From contig NC_087436.1 in the NCBI RefSeq assembly GCF_036321535.1, positions 78,184,001 through 78,248,000 of the forward strand: a stretch of DNA of 64,000 nt, written 5' to 3'. The notes below the pieces were generated by a model, which was given only the letters and a program-made list of their open reading frames with translations, ran no database searches and was not told where the DNA came from. The position numbers and the translations under genes were made by a program. Shown in pieces: positions 13,741-26,899 of the stretch. Position 1 is the stretch's first letter; each line of letters begins with the position of its first letter. This DNA comes from Camelus dromedarius. Lineage: Eukaryota.

Positions 13741-14564
13741 GCATGCTCTCTAGCCGTCTGCCAAAGCTCACTATTGCCATGGTCAGGAGCCTGCCCAGAG
13801 AGCTGGCCACAGGGTGAGGGGGTGTGTGGTGAGGCACATCAAGGGCAGGGGTGCCTCTGGGCCAGCTGGGGGATTTGTGGGTGAGGCTTGCCAGCAGCTC
13901 ATGGGCACACTTCTTGGTGGATCCAGGACACAGCTAGTAGGACCCACATCCCTTTAACGCCCTCTGAGAATCTCCCTGCCTCTTCCCACCCCTGTCATTC
14001 AGCTCATTATTTCAGTGCTCTGGACAGGGCAAGAGAGAGATGGGCCTCTTTGGTAGCATCCTACACAGCTGGGGAAGCCAAGCACTCCATTTTCACCCAA
14101 GAAAGAAATCACGGCTGGGAAGGTCTCTCTTGGTACTGAGATGCGCTGTCTTTGGGAGAGGGTACCTTGGTAAAGTCAAGTTGCATTTCTTATCCTCTCC
14201 AGTGTATCCAATGTCTTATTTTTTGGCTCTAAAAAAAGTTGTTGGAACTTCTGTTCTGGAAACCTAGGCTTCCACAGAGGCTATCTCGTCTGTGGGTGAT
14301 TGTCTAAGACTGTTTTCCAGGGGCTGCCAGACCACATCCAAGGTGAGTAGAGCCGGTTTATGGGCCACTGCAGGGTCCAAAACACAGACCAAGGTCGGGC
14401 AGCCTGCACCAGGGATGAGACTGTCCTGGGATGGCTTGATATATGGTGCTGGATCCCACAGCTACCACACGGCACTTCTGTCCACTGACAGCTGCCAAAG
14501 TGTAGTTGTTGAGGGGAGGATACGAATGAGGGTCATCTTACTCAGTCACGTTGCTGCCATCACT
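13741..14564 (-). mobile_element. L1 (L1M3-like) 5' UTR, joined directly to the 3' end above
   Basis: Ends in 'cttactcagtcacgttgctgccatcact', the antisense of an L1 start like AGTGAYGTCAGCAAGATGGC; the GC-richer body is typical of L1M 5' UTRs. Confidence 0.7.
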
Positions 14565-14929
14565 TTAACATCACTTTCAGGTGATGTGCTGAACAGGTAA
14601 TTTAACAAGCCTATTTTCATTTTGTTTTGGTTTCTCAACAATCTTTCTTAATTGAAGGTTTAGGAGGACAAGGACTCTTTTTAAATTAATTAATATAGAC
14701 TAGCCCTGGCTTTGAAAATTCTTGATACTTTATTATAAAAAATGAGAGAAAATTTGGGGGAAGGCAATTAAGTTCAAGAATGTCTTTTGTTAATGAAAGA
14801 TACTTAAAAACTGTAGTTCCCAAATTCCATCCCAATCCCTCACGTCAGTGTACTTGTGGATAGAAGCAGAATTAAACAGAGTTACATTCGGGGTAAGCAT
14901 GAAAGGGAAATGATGGTTTTTGAGGGCAT

Positions 14930-15500
14930 CTGTAGTAGACTACAACAACTGCAGGGTTTTTTCTTTTTTCATTTCCAAAATGCTGCACATCACGCTTCTT
15001 CTGGTTTCCTTGGGAGAACCCTGTGGGGCTGCCAATCCTGAAATCCCTTCAGTCACCACCCCCTGACACAGAAGTGGGTAAATGATCCAAGCCACACCAA
15101 CCACAGCACTACATCCTCTAGGACAAATGATTGGCCATGAAACTGGCACATGATCTGCAAAAGGCCAACAGGAATCCTCCTTAGATTATTTTAAAAATGG
15201 ACAATAGGAAAAAGACTGTCCTTATCCCACTGGACAGAGAAGTACACCCCCCATAAGAGGAGGGTTTCCAGGAGCCATCTTTTTTTGTTACATAGGAAAA
15301 GGCAGGTATGCGGTAGGAGAGAATTACACCAACATGCAAAATGCAACAGAAACAAGAACATGAAGATAACATTGTTTGAGCCCTTGATTTAGCCATCTAC
15401 CTATGTCTGCAGTCACCACTGGACTTCCCCGACAGGGGAGTCAGTAACCCCCTCCTTTGATTTAATGTGAGGGGGTGTGGGGTTACTCTCTCTTACACAC
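14930..15500 (+). mobile_element. ERVL LTR (LTR16/LTR33-like)
   Basis: 'gattggccatgaaactggcacatgatc...ggccaacaggaatcctcc' and 'attgtttgagcccttgatttagcc'. Confidence 0.55.
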
Positions 15501-16520
15501 TGATTACATGAATGAGCCAAAAAAGGGCTTACTCCAAAGTTATCTAAATCACAAGCCCCCAAGTTAGAGGTTTGGTGATATTTCCCCCTGATTTGTCTCA
15601 CAACACAATTTCAAATCAATGTTTATAAACTGATGAAAGCTTTACTTACATACTCACTGGAGACAAACTACTGACATAAAATTTAGAAACCAGACACTAC
15701 AGGTGATTATACAGATACAGGGTCCCCCTGGGTATGACACGTCTCTCCTCACTCCTTCTCTGGTTTCTTCTGTGTGAGAGGAGACATAGCTCAGAAATCT
15801 GGGCTCTCTTGATTATGGAATTTGAAGCTCTGCAAGATTGAAACTCTGAACCCCAAGCCTAGATGTTTCAATTATTGGAGCACCAGCTATTAGATCTAGT
15901 CAGCTCTGTGCGTTGTCAGATGTGAAACTGTAACTGTGGTGGTTCAACACATATGTCAGCTAGAACTGCAGAGAGCATCCTTTGTGGATAATGGAAATGT
16001 CTGGAGGGCTGAGAATGACACTAAGTTCCACTTGACTTCATTATTAACTAGAGAATAAAAAGAACACAATTTTAAAATTCTCTTCCTATTCTATATGGTT
16101 AAAAAGGCTGTCAATTGCCACTACAGCTAGCAAAATTGTTTTTAATCACATAGATATTTTCAAATGATGAAATGTAAACAAAACAAAACAAAACTTCTAC
16201 CCCCTAAATAAACCTTAATACTTTTAAATGACAAAATTACTACTGGCACATAAAAATTTCATGCAGGTTAAGAAGATATGAGATGTAAAATTCTCTCTCC
16301 TCCAAACCCCACACCTTCTCTCCAAATCTAACTATTAACAATAGCTTTTTATGCATCCTTCCCAAACAGAAAGTTATAACTGGCCAGCATGGGTGTGTCT
16401 TTTCTTTATATAAATAGATCATTCACACTATTTAGCACTTTTTCTTTTTACTTGATTTGCTATCTTGGAGAACATTCATAGTAGCCCATAGAAATGGACT
16501 ACATTCCTTTCTTTTCCCAA

Positions 16521-16840
16521 TTTTATTGAGAAATAATTGCCATACATCACTGTATAAGTTTAAAGCACACAGCCTGATGGTTTGATTTACATGTATTGTG
16601 AAATGATTATCATAATAGGTTCAGCTAACATCCATCATCTCATAGAGATACAATACAAGGAAAAGAAAGAAGGAAAAAAATGTTCTCCCTGCGATGATAA
16701 TTCTTAGGATTTACTTTCTTAACAACTTTCCTATGTGTCACACAGCAGTGTTAACTAGAGCCATCATGCTGCACATCACATCCTAGTTCTTATTTATCTT
16801 ATAACTGGAAGTTGGTACTTTTTGGCCACTTTCCTACAAA
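16521..16840 (-). mobile_element. L1 3' UTR nested in an older L1ME-like fragment (about 16290-17100)
   Basis: 'ttttattgagaaataattg...ttaggatttactttcttaacaactttc...ttatcttataactggaag'. Confidence 0.85.
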
Positions 16841-18999
16841 CTTAATTTTTTTAAAGGCTCTTCATAGAACTATGATTTATTTAGCCCACTTCCTATTGAT
16901 ACACATTCAAGCTGTCTGATTCTAGGGTTTTCTGCTGTTGTAAATAATCCTGATGCCTGTATACGTATGCATGGAGGATATATATGTACGTATGTATGCA
17001 CACATACATACATATCACAAGTGCACATATAACAACACACACGTATATCACTAATACACACTTACAGATATTACAGTGATATTTTCCCCCTGTGGTAAAA
17101 TCTGCCCTGCTACTTAACTCACAGGGCAAAGTAAAATTAATAAGGCCACCATGTGCTCATGATCTTTGTAATGAAGGAGGTACATTTTGCAAATGCAAAG
17201 AATCACCATTAATTTCTTATCATTAAATATTTAATGGTTTCTTTTTATTTGAGAAGAGTTGTCACCGAGTTTTGTTCTAGAGAGTGAAGTACGGTAAGCC
17301 CTTTCCTCTACATCCTATTTCATGCTTTCGTCTATACTCAGATTTAATAATTAGTTTGTCAAGCTTTCCTATTTGGCAGGAAAAAATTAACAGTAAAAAT
17401 AGAAGCAATACTCCATTTCCATAGTGAAACAAATAATACATTGTGATATGTTTATCTATGTAAGTGGGTACAGACAGGTCTCTCGTAGAACTTTTATCAG
17501 AGTCTCTAGCCCTTCCAAGAAAGTAGAACTCCATCTCTATGCTCAGGGACACATTTATCTATAGATCCTACTTGTGTATGCATGCTTTATCTCAGTCAAT
17601 ATACACACAGAAGACACAGTCTATTTTTTCATAAGTCTAGTTCTTGACTCTTTCTTGAAGCACAAGTCACTTGGTAATCACCAAAATTGCATCTCTGAGT
17701 GTGAGAAAACACATGCTTTTGATAAGCACTCATTTAGCTTTTGCATATGTACTGAGAAGCCCCCAGGCTTTCTAATACAGTTATGCAGCCTTGAAACAGA
17801 ACTTTAGAAGCTGATAACTAGGTTCCATCCTCTAGCAGCATATCTCACAGTGCATTCATTATGGCATTCCACGTGCATTCCTTGTGAATTATGAAAATGG
17901 GGAAAAGGGAAATCATTTCCACAAGGTTTCCTCACCAAGAAAATATTAAGTACACCTCCAAGTTAGTCTGGCCCTCTCACACAGTGCCTGGTTGCCATGG
18001 GTTACCACTTCCTCTCATGCATTTATCCCTGGAGGAAGAATGTTAAGATAGCAAAGAAGGGAACCACCACTGACTACAAAAGAATAATAAATGCAAATAG
18101 ATTCCAGAATAAAGTCATTTTTAAACCATAGCAAAAGCTCTAAACTTGTATTCCATTTCTTTCCCTTTTTTTCTTTCTGAGTTTTGTTATTGCAACTTTA
18201 GCTATTCTAACTAGAAATCTTTTTTTTTTAACTGAATCTTTAAAATAATGTATTTAGCCACTGTAATTCCTGTCTACCAAAGACAAGACATTATTGGTTA
18301 AACACAAGGACTTCCCACATAAAATTAATTGCTCCAGAAAAAGAAAAGTTGAAAATAGATAATAATATTTTTGTTACTAATCCTGAATCGTCATTTCGGG
18401 TGTGTGAGTGTGCACGCACACATGTGTATCAATTATAAGAGAAACAGAAATGTTTGATCAGAAAGTACGTAGAAGCATTTAGAGCCTAGGATCTGTTCAA
18501 CCTAAAGGAAACCTAAAAATAAGGCTCTAAACTTGCAAAACAAAATACAGAATGCCTAACCACAGACCAAAGGGCCTCTCTCTACAGCTCCTTAAACAAT
18601 AGCCGCTGAAGTGGCACTGAACTAGGGGCCTGTTTTCCCCACAACATCATATGAGTTGGTATGTTTGTGTTTTTATCTGGTTCTTATAAAGATTCTAAAG
18701 CTGACAGCAGGGAATTTTAAGAGTTAGAAGAGTTTTTGTTCACTTGTTTCTAAAAGCACATGAAGTACCATGTCTCAGAAGTAAACACTATTAATACTCA
18801 TTGACTAAAATTGAAGGAAAAATTTTCAAACGCTTGATACGTATTTACAAATTGTCCTTTAAAAAGGCTACATCAGTTTATATTCTCCCCACTGGTGTGT
18901 CAAAATGTTCATTTAACTGAACCACTGGGGACATTAAAGGATATGTTCAGGCTGAGAAGTTAACATTTCTTTTATTCTGTCAAATCCTTTGGTCAAATT

Positions 19000-19219
19000 C
19001 AGGGGTCATAAACATTTTCTGTAAAGGGCCAGACAGTGATTGCTTTAGGCTTCTCGGGTTGTACAGTCTATGGCAAGTAACCAACTCTGTTGTTGTGGCT
19101 CAAAAGAAGTTATAGGCAGTTTGTAAACAAATGCGCAGGCTGTGTTCCAATAAAACTTTATTTACAAATACAGGCAGCTGGCCAGATTTTGTCAGTGGGC
19201 TGCAGTTTGCCAACCCCTC
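19000..19219 (+). mobile_element. MER58A (hAT-Charlie MITE)
   Basis: 'caggggtc...tttctgtaaagggccaga...ccaataaaactttatttacaaa...gtttgccaacccct'; flanks gtcaaatt / tcaaaatt resemble an 8-bp TSD. Confidence 0.9.
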
Positions 19220-20859
19220 TCAAAATTCTATGTAGTCATGATTTTTAAAACCAATCTTTTGACAATTCTTAGAAAGTAATCTATAAGGAATTGTGTGGTG
19301 TGTGTATGTGTATGTATTCTAATCATAATACCTATAAGCAAATTAATTCATTAAGGGAACAAAAAAAGGAAAGGGCAACTTAAAATTGACAGTGTAGAAA
19401 TTCTCTAACTTCCAAAAATCATAGCAATCTTCATCACAGCAGCTGAAGTTCCTAACAGCACTTTACAGCTTACAAAGCCATTTATCATTCATTAACTCAC
19501 TTGACCTTCAAACATTATGATGTAGCTATGATTATTCCAATTTTACAGATGGGGAAATCGAGGTTCAATTCCAATGCTAGAGGTGACCTTGGTGCTGCAG
19601 CTGTTGTTTACGTTGTGCCAACCAGAAAGTCAGCACTGAAAACTGCTCTGACAAAGCACACCCAGCCAGGTGAAATTACACACAGAGCTTGCCCCTGCTT
19701 TTCAGGTAAATCGTGTGTTTTCTCCTTAAGATCTGAAGACTCTGTCAGCGGGAATGGGTGGTAATTAGTAAGAGAGGAGACTGATCTTGTATTCTAGTCT
19801 GCTAATGTTTGTTTTGTGCCTGAATTGTCCCTGTGGCACTGAGCCAGAAAGCACGAAGCAACTATAAATGTCTAGGCAAAAGCCTGAAAAATAAATTCAC
19901 AAGAAAGAAAATCCATAATTAGGGAAACTGTGAACTACATTTGAAGATATAGCTGCAAACTCTGTGAATTTATACAATAGTCAAGACAGATTCAGATAAC
20001 CCAATAGCAAATGAGAACTGTAATTTTTTTCCTTCCAAGAATAAAAGATACCAGCAACGGTGCTAAAAGATACTGAAACAAAGAGGTAAATAATTTTTCC
20101 TTAACTACAAAGTCAGTGTTATTCTGTGACCACAAGGAACGTTCTGCTGATTTGGACAATTTTTTTCTTCCAATCTATGTGTCTGGGCTGTATGCACAGT
20201 CCTCGGGCAGACACAGAGCAGTGTTGGGAACAGTCCTTGGACTCCAAGGCATCTTGTCTGAGACCAACCTTCCATCTGCACCTGTGCTGGAAAGGACTCT
20301 TCTAGCCAGTTGGTAACAGCCAGGCTGGCCTATGGCCACATATTTCCCACTTAGTCCCTGCTGTTCTCCAGCACTCAAGGCAGGACCTTAAGAAGTCCCT
20401 CACCAATTTTTCTTCCCTCATTTTCCACAGTTTCTGAATTCAGCTTACTGTACAACAGCTACCCAGGTATCCTGATGTCTCTCCTCTTTGAGCGAACCAG
20501 GCAAATGAGGTTTGTAAACAGCCTGCTGCTCGGTGCCACATTCCCAGCTCCGCCACACGCAGATGGCTATGATTTCAAAGTACACGTGATTTATGGGCCA
20601 TTTGCAAAGCCAGCTCTGTATCTTGGAACAAGAACAAGCTCAGAGATAGACGAGATCATTCACCAGAATGCAGCAGGGAACTGCTAAGACTTTCCTTGAA
20701 AACACAGCCTAGAAAATGTGCAGAATCCTGTGACATGAGCAACTCATGGTCCTGCGGTGAGCTAATCCACAAAAATGGGTTAGAAGCAAGTTGGACGGAG
20801 ATGAGCGAGGTGCAGAAAAGCTGGGAATCAATCTCTTGGTGGTAAAGTAACAGTGCCCA

Positions 20860-21050
20860 GAGTGACTTAAAGTTCCCGCTCCTTCCATTAAGTTATGTAA
20901 CCTCAGCAAGTGAGTTCGGCTGTCTGGGCTGCGTCTTCTCCGTGATAAATATGGGAAAGACAACGTATTGTGTGATGTTTGTGTGAAGATGACAGGAGAA
21001 TGAGCTTTCTCAGCTGTCAAGGGCTACCCAAGTGTAAGGCATTGCTGTTA
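20860..21050 (+). mobile_element. MIR SINE
   Basis: 'tgtaacctcagcaagtga...tcttctccgtgataaatatggga...tgtttgtgtgaagat'. Confidence 0.6.
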
Positions 21051-21883
21051 CACACAAACAGATCTTGCCCGGCTAGAGATTTTATTGATAACAACTAAGG
21101 GACACATTGAACACCAACTGGCACTTCAGTAGCATCAATGTGAACGCCTGGTATACAGCCAGTCCACTTGCGTGGAATGTGCCGTAGGTGGAATCTACAT
21201 TAAGGGGGAAAAGAGATTGTATCTATGATTTCAGGAGTGTTGTTGTGTACTCAGAAAAGAGTTGAAATTCCAAGATTTGATGAAAAATACTTATAGAGTC
21301 AATCGTCCTGCCCAAGTTTGTGTATTATTCACATAAAGTATTTGGTTACCTTTATCATATACTCACTACACTGGTCATAAAAAGAAAAAAAAAAAAAACC
21401 CTGATTCTAAATCAAGGAAACTAAGTGGAAAAAATCTAGAAATGCTTTTTTCTGGCCATTGTCATACAAGAATACAATATACTTCTATTGGATTGAACCA
21501 TATGTAATTGCTTTCTGTTACAGGTCAGACACACTCAAATATCAGCAGTTTCCTATGGCTCAATACAGCAGGTCAGAGACTGAACCCGGTATGATGCAAA
21601 TGACCTCGTCTTCCATGAGTTCACAATCTAATACTTGTTAAAATGTGTCCCACACAATCTACTTCCTACTGCAGGTTTTGTTCCAAATCATTAAGTGCTT
21701 GCTTAAATAAAACACCTTTTAAAAGATTTATAAACTTATACATTCAAGAGGTAGTGTTTTAAAGGAAGTAACAGACTCTATACCATTTAAATAAATTCTT
21801 AAGGGGAGCTACTTTTAAAGGGAGCTGCTTTATTTTCTCTTTTTTCTCTCCCCCCTCCCCTTCAAATAATAGAACTCAATCTC

Positions 21884-22260
21884 TGTGTTAGTCTGGGAAA
21901 CAGAACCAATAGGAGATATGTGCATGTGTGTCTGTGTGTGTATGAGCGGCAGAGAGACAAAGAGCAATTTTAAAGAATTAAATCATACAGTTATGAAGGT
22001 TGATAAGTCCAAAATCTGCAGGGGGGTACCTGCAGGCCAGAGACCCAGGGACGAGCCACACTTTTGTTCTATTTGGACCTTCAAATGATTGGCTGAGGCC
22101 CACCCACACTACGGAGGGCAATCTGCTTTACTCAAAGTCCACCAATGTAAATGTTAACCTCATCCAAAAACACCCTCAACAGAGACATCCAGAATAACAT
22201 CTGACCACAGCTCTGGGCACTGTGGCCAAACCGACTTGACACATAAAATCAACTATCATA
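21884..22260 (-). mobile_element. ERVL solo LTR (MLT2B-like)
   Basis: 'gaaacagaaccaatagga', 'gagggcaatctgctttactcaaagtccacc', 'ttgacacataaaatcaactatcata'; 5-bp TSD atctc/acctc. Confidence 0.92.
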
Positions 22261-23969
22261 ACCTCAGACAGAATATTCTATGTATGACACTGGGCACAAT
22301 TACAGACAAGAGGGAAAATGCTGTATTTCCTATTACCATTAAATTAAGTTTTATATTTACTTTATTATAATAAAATTGTGGCTGTTTTCCAGTGAGTCGT
22401 CATGATAGAAGTTGCTTCCTTCACACCCTTAGGAGGGGCCTGCGGTCAGAGCTACCTCCCTTCCTGGCACTATTTCTGAGGGAGACTCCATTCCATCTCC
22501 CTAAAAGCATGATGTGACAGGTTTGCCTTCAAATTTCAAATTTAGCTTTGTGAACTTTATGGCACTTTGAGTTTTTGTTTGGTTGGTTGGTTGGTTGGAT
22601 TTTTTTACAAAACCAAACTTCTGAAACTGCTGATACACTGAAAAATTAAACAGACTCTTCCTGTCAAAAACTAAGAGAGATTTTACTCTGTTGAACTATT
22701 TATAAAAGAAGGAGAAAATCCTCCAGGGCCAGAGGATATTAAATTACTTTTAAGCCTGTTGATCATCTTTCCCCACAAACCTCTGAATTTGTTCACTTAA
22801 ATTCATCTATTTGCTAATCTTCACTTGGTCTGTTAAGAGATAAGCAGTAAAAGTAACAAGGAAAAACTCACTTTGAAGTTCACCTGCCATTCACCCGGGA
22901 GCCCACAAGCGCTTCAGAGGCTCAGAGCACAGGCTATGGGAGCAGCTGCAAAGTCCTCTGGGAGTAGGGAGCGGAGCCATGATAAAGGCAAAATTAACCT
23001 TCCAGCAATTTCCCGCTTTGAGGACTTAAGTCAGCGTTTAATCTCATTGGGATGTGGCTTTTCCTGTTAGCTTTTTAAAATTAAATTTGTCAAATACAAT
23101 TCACCTAATCTTACATGTAGTATTCTTATTAGGATATTACCATGTAAAATATATTATCACTATAAGACTATTACAAGGGCTAACGCTCAGAAAAATAGAG
23201 CAATTACCATCACTATAGATATCTATGGAGAGGTGGTCGGGTATAAGGGGGAGAGAAGTCTAATAAATTTGATTTCAAAAACCACTAGTCAGGTTCAGAA
23301 ATATTTCCATATTCACGTTCACCTTCTCCCCAGCCAGGTGTTTCTCAGGGTTTCTGCCCTGATCTCACCAGGCCTTCTCCTCTCTCCCTGAGGAAGCAGG
23401 AGGGGCACACGGGGTGAGGCCGAGCTAGAAGTCTGACCCACAGGTACACGAGAAGCCAAGGGAGAACAGTGCCCCAAGTGTGTTTCTCTAGTACTTTGTG
23501 GCATTATGTCTATCATATTAGTATGTTGTATTAGAATATTAATCTGATACAGTAAGGCTTATTTGCAATCTTTTATTCTTTCAATAGATAACACTAAGCC
23601 TTTTTCTTTTTTGCAAGCTCCATATCTTATGCTCCTTCTATATCCCTGATACCAATCTCTGCAATGCTAAGCACACAAGAGGAGCTGAGTGAGATGCAAT
23701 GATCTGCTGGGTTTTTGCTTTTTAATTCCTGGGGAAGGTGGACTCCAGTGAAAGAGAAGTGGGAAGGGCAGATGTTTGATTCAGTGTGTTACTATGGTTT
23801 TACTAAAATGGAAAAATAAACGAAGCCCATGGACTGTTGTTTCCTAAAGACCTCACTCTGGATCTCAGGCATCATAGTTTTCTAGGGCTATGAAAATAAG
23901 GCCCACGCATAGGTCAGGATGAAAAATAAAGGTAGGAACCAAGAATGTCACAGAAAGTGCTGAGAGTGT

Positions 23970-24450
23970 AGAAGGTGCTCCACACCCCCCTTCTCTTTCT
24001 GGGCGCTTCCCTGGAGACATCTAACTAGCCCATGCCCCATCTCTCCCACTGTAGAGCTCAGAGCCTCTCTGCTCCCCATCCTGGGCTGTACCTGACTGAA
24101 TGGGCAGATACCTGGTCCAAACCAGGTCCATGCGGTTTAGAACTGGGACCATCTCTCTGTGTAGCTGCAGCTGTAATTTTTAACTCTGCAGCAAACAGTC
24201 CGTGATATAGCAGATATTCCACCACAGGGACGGGAGACCTAAGACCACTGGTTCCCAGGGAGGATGAAGTTAGTGAGCAGACAGGAGAGAAGGAGAGTGA
24301 GCATGAAAACCCCCAGTGCAGCCCCCGTCTGAGATCCAGCTACCCTCCCACCCTCGGTTCTATGATCTAATCCTTCATTCTTACAACAATCATTTTGTGT
24401 TCAGCCTGTTTGAATTGATTTCTATTACTTGCCACTAAGAGCCCAAGTTA
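23970..24450 (+). mobile_element. ERVL LTR (LTR16/LTR33-like)
   Basis: 'gggcagatacctggtccaaaccagg' and 'ttcagcctgtttgaattgatttctattacttgccactaagag'. Confidence 0.5.
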
Positions 24451-25379
24451 ATACAGTGGAGGTCTATTTTGGAAGACGGGGGGAAAGGAGGAAACATAAC
24501 CTGATGCCTTCGGGGACAGAGAAATTCACTATAAACATTATTCCTTTCCAGTGGAGCCTTCTGAGCCAACTCAGAAATTTGGTATTTCAGTTATCCGCAT
24601 ACTCAGCCATCATTCTTATCTTCTGGCCTCTTAAAGTTGAAATGCCGCAACCCTGAAGTGTGAAAAAATCCTACACAGCATGCTTATTCCCCTCCAGCCC
24701 AGCAGATGGGCACCTGCCCTCTGAGATCGTGCTGCTTGTCCACAGGCCGTAAAAAGATCTTCATTACTGTTGGTGGGATCACATATACTCTTGGTGGGGG
24801 AGCCATACTTCATGAATATGTAAGAGGGAAATTAGCATAAAATGTTACCCTCCCCTGCCTGCTAACTTTTTACTTCCTCTATTTTTATTACCATTTTCAT
24901 TATTCATCTTCTTATCATATATGCCAAGAATTTTCACTGGCCTATCACCTATTTCTACACTTCAATACATGTTCATTTCCATTTATCTACCATCTCATTG
25001 GTCTTCCTTGCTGTTCCCATAGCATAAATACGCTTCTACATTTTGTAAATGCCTTTTTACTTCTGTATCTCTCTTACCAGGCTGGGAGCCATTTATTCAA
25101 AAAGGCTGTGCCTTATTGTTATAACCTTGTGCCTCACACATTAGATGGAAAAAAATGTTGATGAATGCACAAGGGTAATGGTGAGTCGATGATTAAGCGA
25201 GTGAATTAATGACTTTTGCTCCATCCAGTATTTTTCAAATTCCAGTCATATAGGTTAAAAAATGCATTCTCCATTTCTTTATTATCAGAATAAATGACCA
25301 ACATGCTCCTTGGCTGAGCTCCTATAACTGTATTCCTTTTCCTTTCACACCTCATTCTTACCACGTTTCCCTAAGAGAG

Positions 25380-25784
25380 TTTGGTAGTATTTTGATGTGC
25401 CAGCCTGGCCAGCTACAGTTCTAGTCATTCAGTCAAACACTAATCTATCTGTTGTGAAGATATTTTGCAGATGTGACTAAAGTCTATAATCAGTTGACTT
25501 TAAGTAAGGGAGATCATCCTAGATAACCTGAGTGGGCCTGATGCAGTCAGTTGAAAGCCCTTAAGAGCCCAGTTAAGGCTTCCAAAAGGGGAGGAAATTC
25601 CACCTGTGGGCAGAAGCTCCAGCCTGTGCCTGAGAGTCCTAGCCTTCCTGTCCTGATAGCTCAACCTATGGATTTTAGACCTGCCCAGCCAGCCCCAAAA
25701 TGTGCAATCAATTCCTTGAAATAAATTTATTGATATATGTCTCCTACTGGTTCTGCTTCTCTCAGTGATATCTGGGTGAATGCA
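25380..25784 (+). mobile_element. ERVL solo LTR (MLT2C/D-like)
   Basis: 'agtcaaacactaatcta', 'cagttgactttaagtaagggagatcatcctagataa', 'ctcctactggttctgcttctct'; TSD gagag/gagat. Confidence 0.9.
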
Positions 25785-25849
25785 GAGATTATCAACAGAC
25801 TACATATAGAATAAAGCCAGACGTTGGCTGACATATTTCATTGCCTTCA

Positions 25850-26740
25850 GGCTTTCATCTCCTCTCTCTTCTATTCAGTGATTTCAAAAATGCTCACATG
25901 GGCTGGCCAGATATGCTGAGGGTAACTTAAAGCACCATAAATTTTAACACGGTCTTAAAGAAAAACAATCATAGTTTGTTGGATAAAACAAAAGCATCTC
26001 ATTAATTCAAATATAACATAGATTCTATTATTTTCCTTTGGAATGTTCTGGGATTTTTGTTCCATTCATGTATTTACTACCACATATGCTGTATTGCAAA
26101 ACCTTGTGACACGCCCTTTGTTAACCTAGCTAACCACAGCAGGTCCTGCAGGTAAAATCTACTGCAGTGAGTCTTCAGTAGTGGTGGTGTTCTACAGTTT
26201 CTAAAATCTTTCTTAGTCTTTGACATTCATTATTTATTTCTCCTTCATTCTATTTGCCGAAGGTCCTCAAAAAGCTTTGTGTGGTGCAACCGTGGATTCA
26301 CAGGCCCTGGAATGCTTCCATTCCTCAAAACTCAGTTGTGCTATTCCCTTCCTCAGCCACCATGTCTGCTATTAAATATTTTGTTTCTTCTTCATTTTCC
26401 AGTGCCTTAGCGTTATTTGTCCTTTTCCCATTTTTAATCACTTTTACTGCCATGAGACAGTTCCACAATGAAATTTTCTAGACTCACAGCTTTTCCTCAG
26501 TGTCACCAGACTTTTTCCACTTTTAGATAATAAGCCTCTCTTCATTGTTCTTATAGGAATTCTAACAGCTTCAAACTTTTTACCTGCTGATTTTCTCCAG
26601 CTTTTTAGGAAAAAAATAATTTGGTTTTTGCTGTAGCTGGAGTTTCAAAAAGTATTTTATTCACTTCACATTTTGCATCTATTATTTATTGTGGTATATA
26701 ATTCTTGCTGATTTTATTCATCAGCTTCCTCACTTTATAT
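25850..26740 (-). pseudogene. fossil non-LTR retrotransposon reverse transcriptase, RTE-like clade
   Basis: Hand translation gives ordered motifs KISLWN (26460-26477), AKALEN (26394-26411) and EEGNSTTE (26331-26354) in one frame. After a shift come LTKGVSQG (26101-26124) and DAFVLS (25981-25998). These parallel GISLLN / AKILEN / RKGRSTTD / GVRQG / YADDAVLLA. Many stops. Confidence 0.6.
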
Positions 26741-26899
26741 TCATATTATAAACTCCACCTGAATGTTGTGCTTCAGAGCCATATTCTGGCCAAGTTATTC
26801 TAAGCAGCTGGCTTCATATAGCAGACATTGGTTGCTTTGGGCTCCATCATTTTTTCTTGAGATATATATTAAATTCTTCCCCCAAACTGTTATTCTTAC

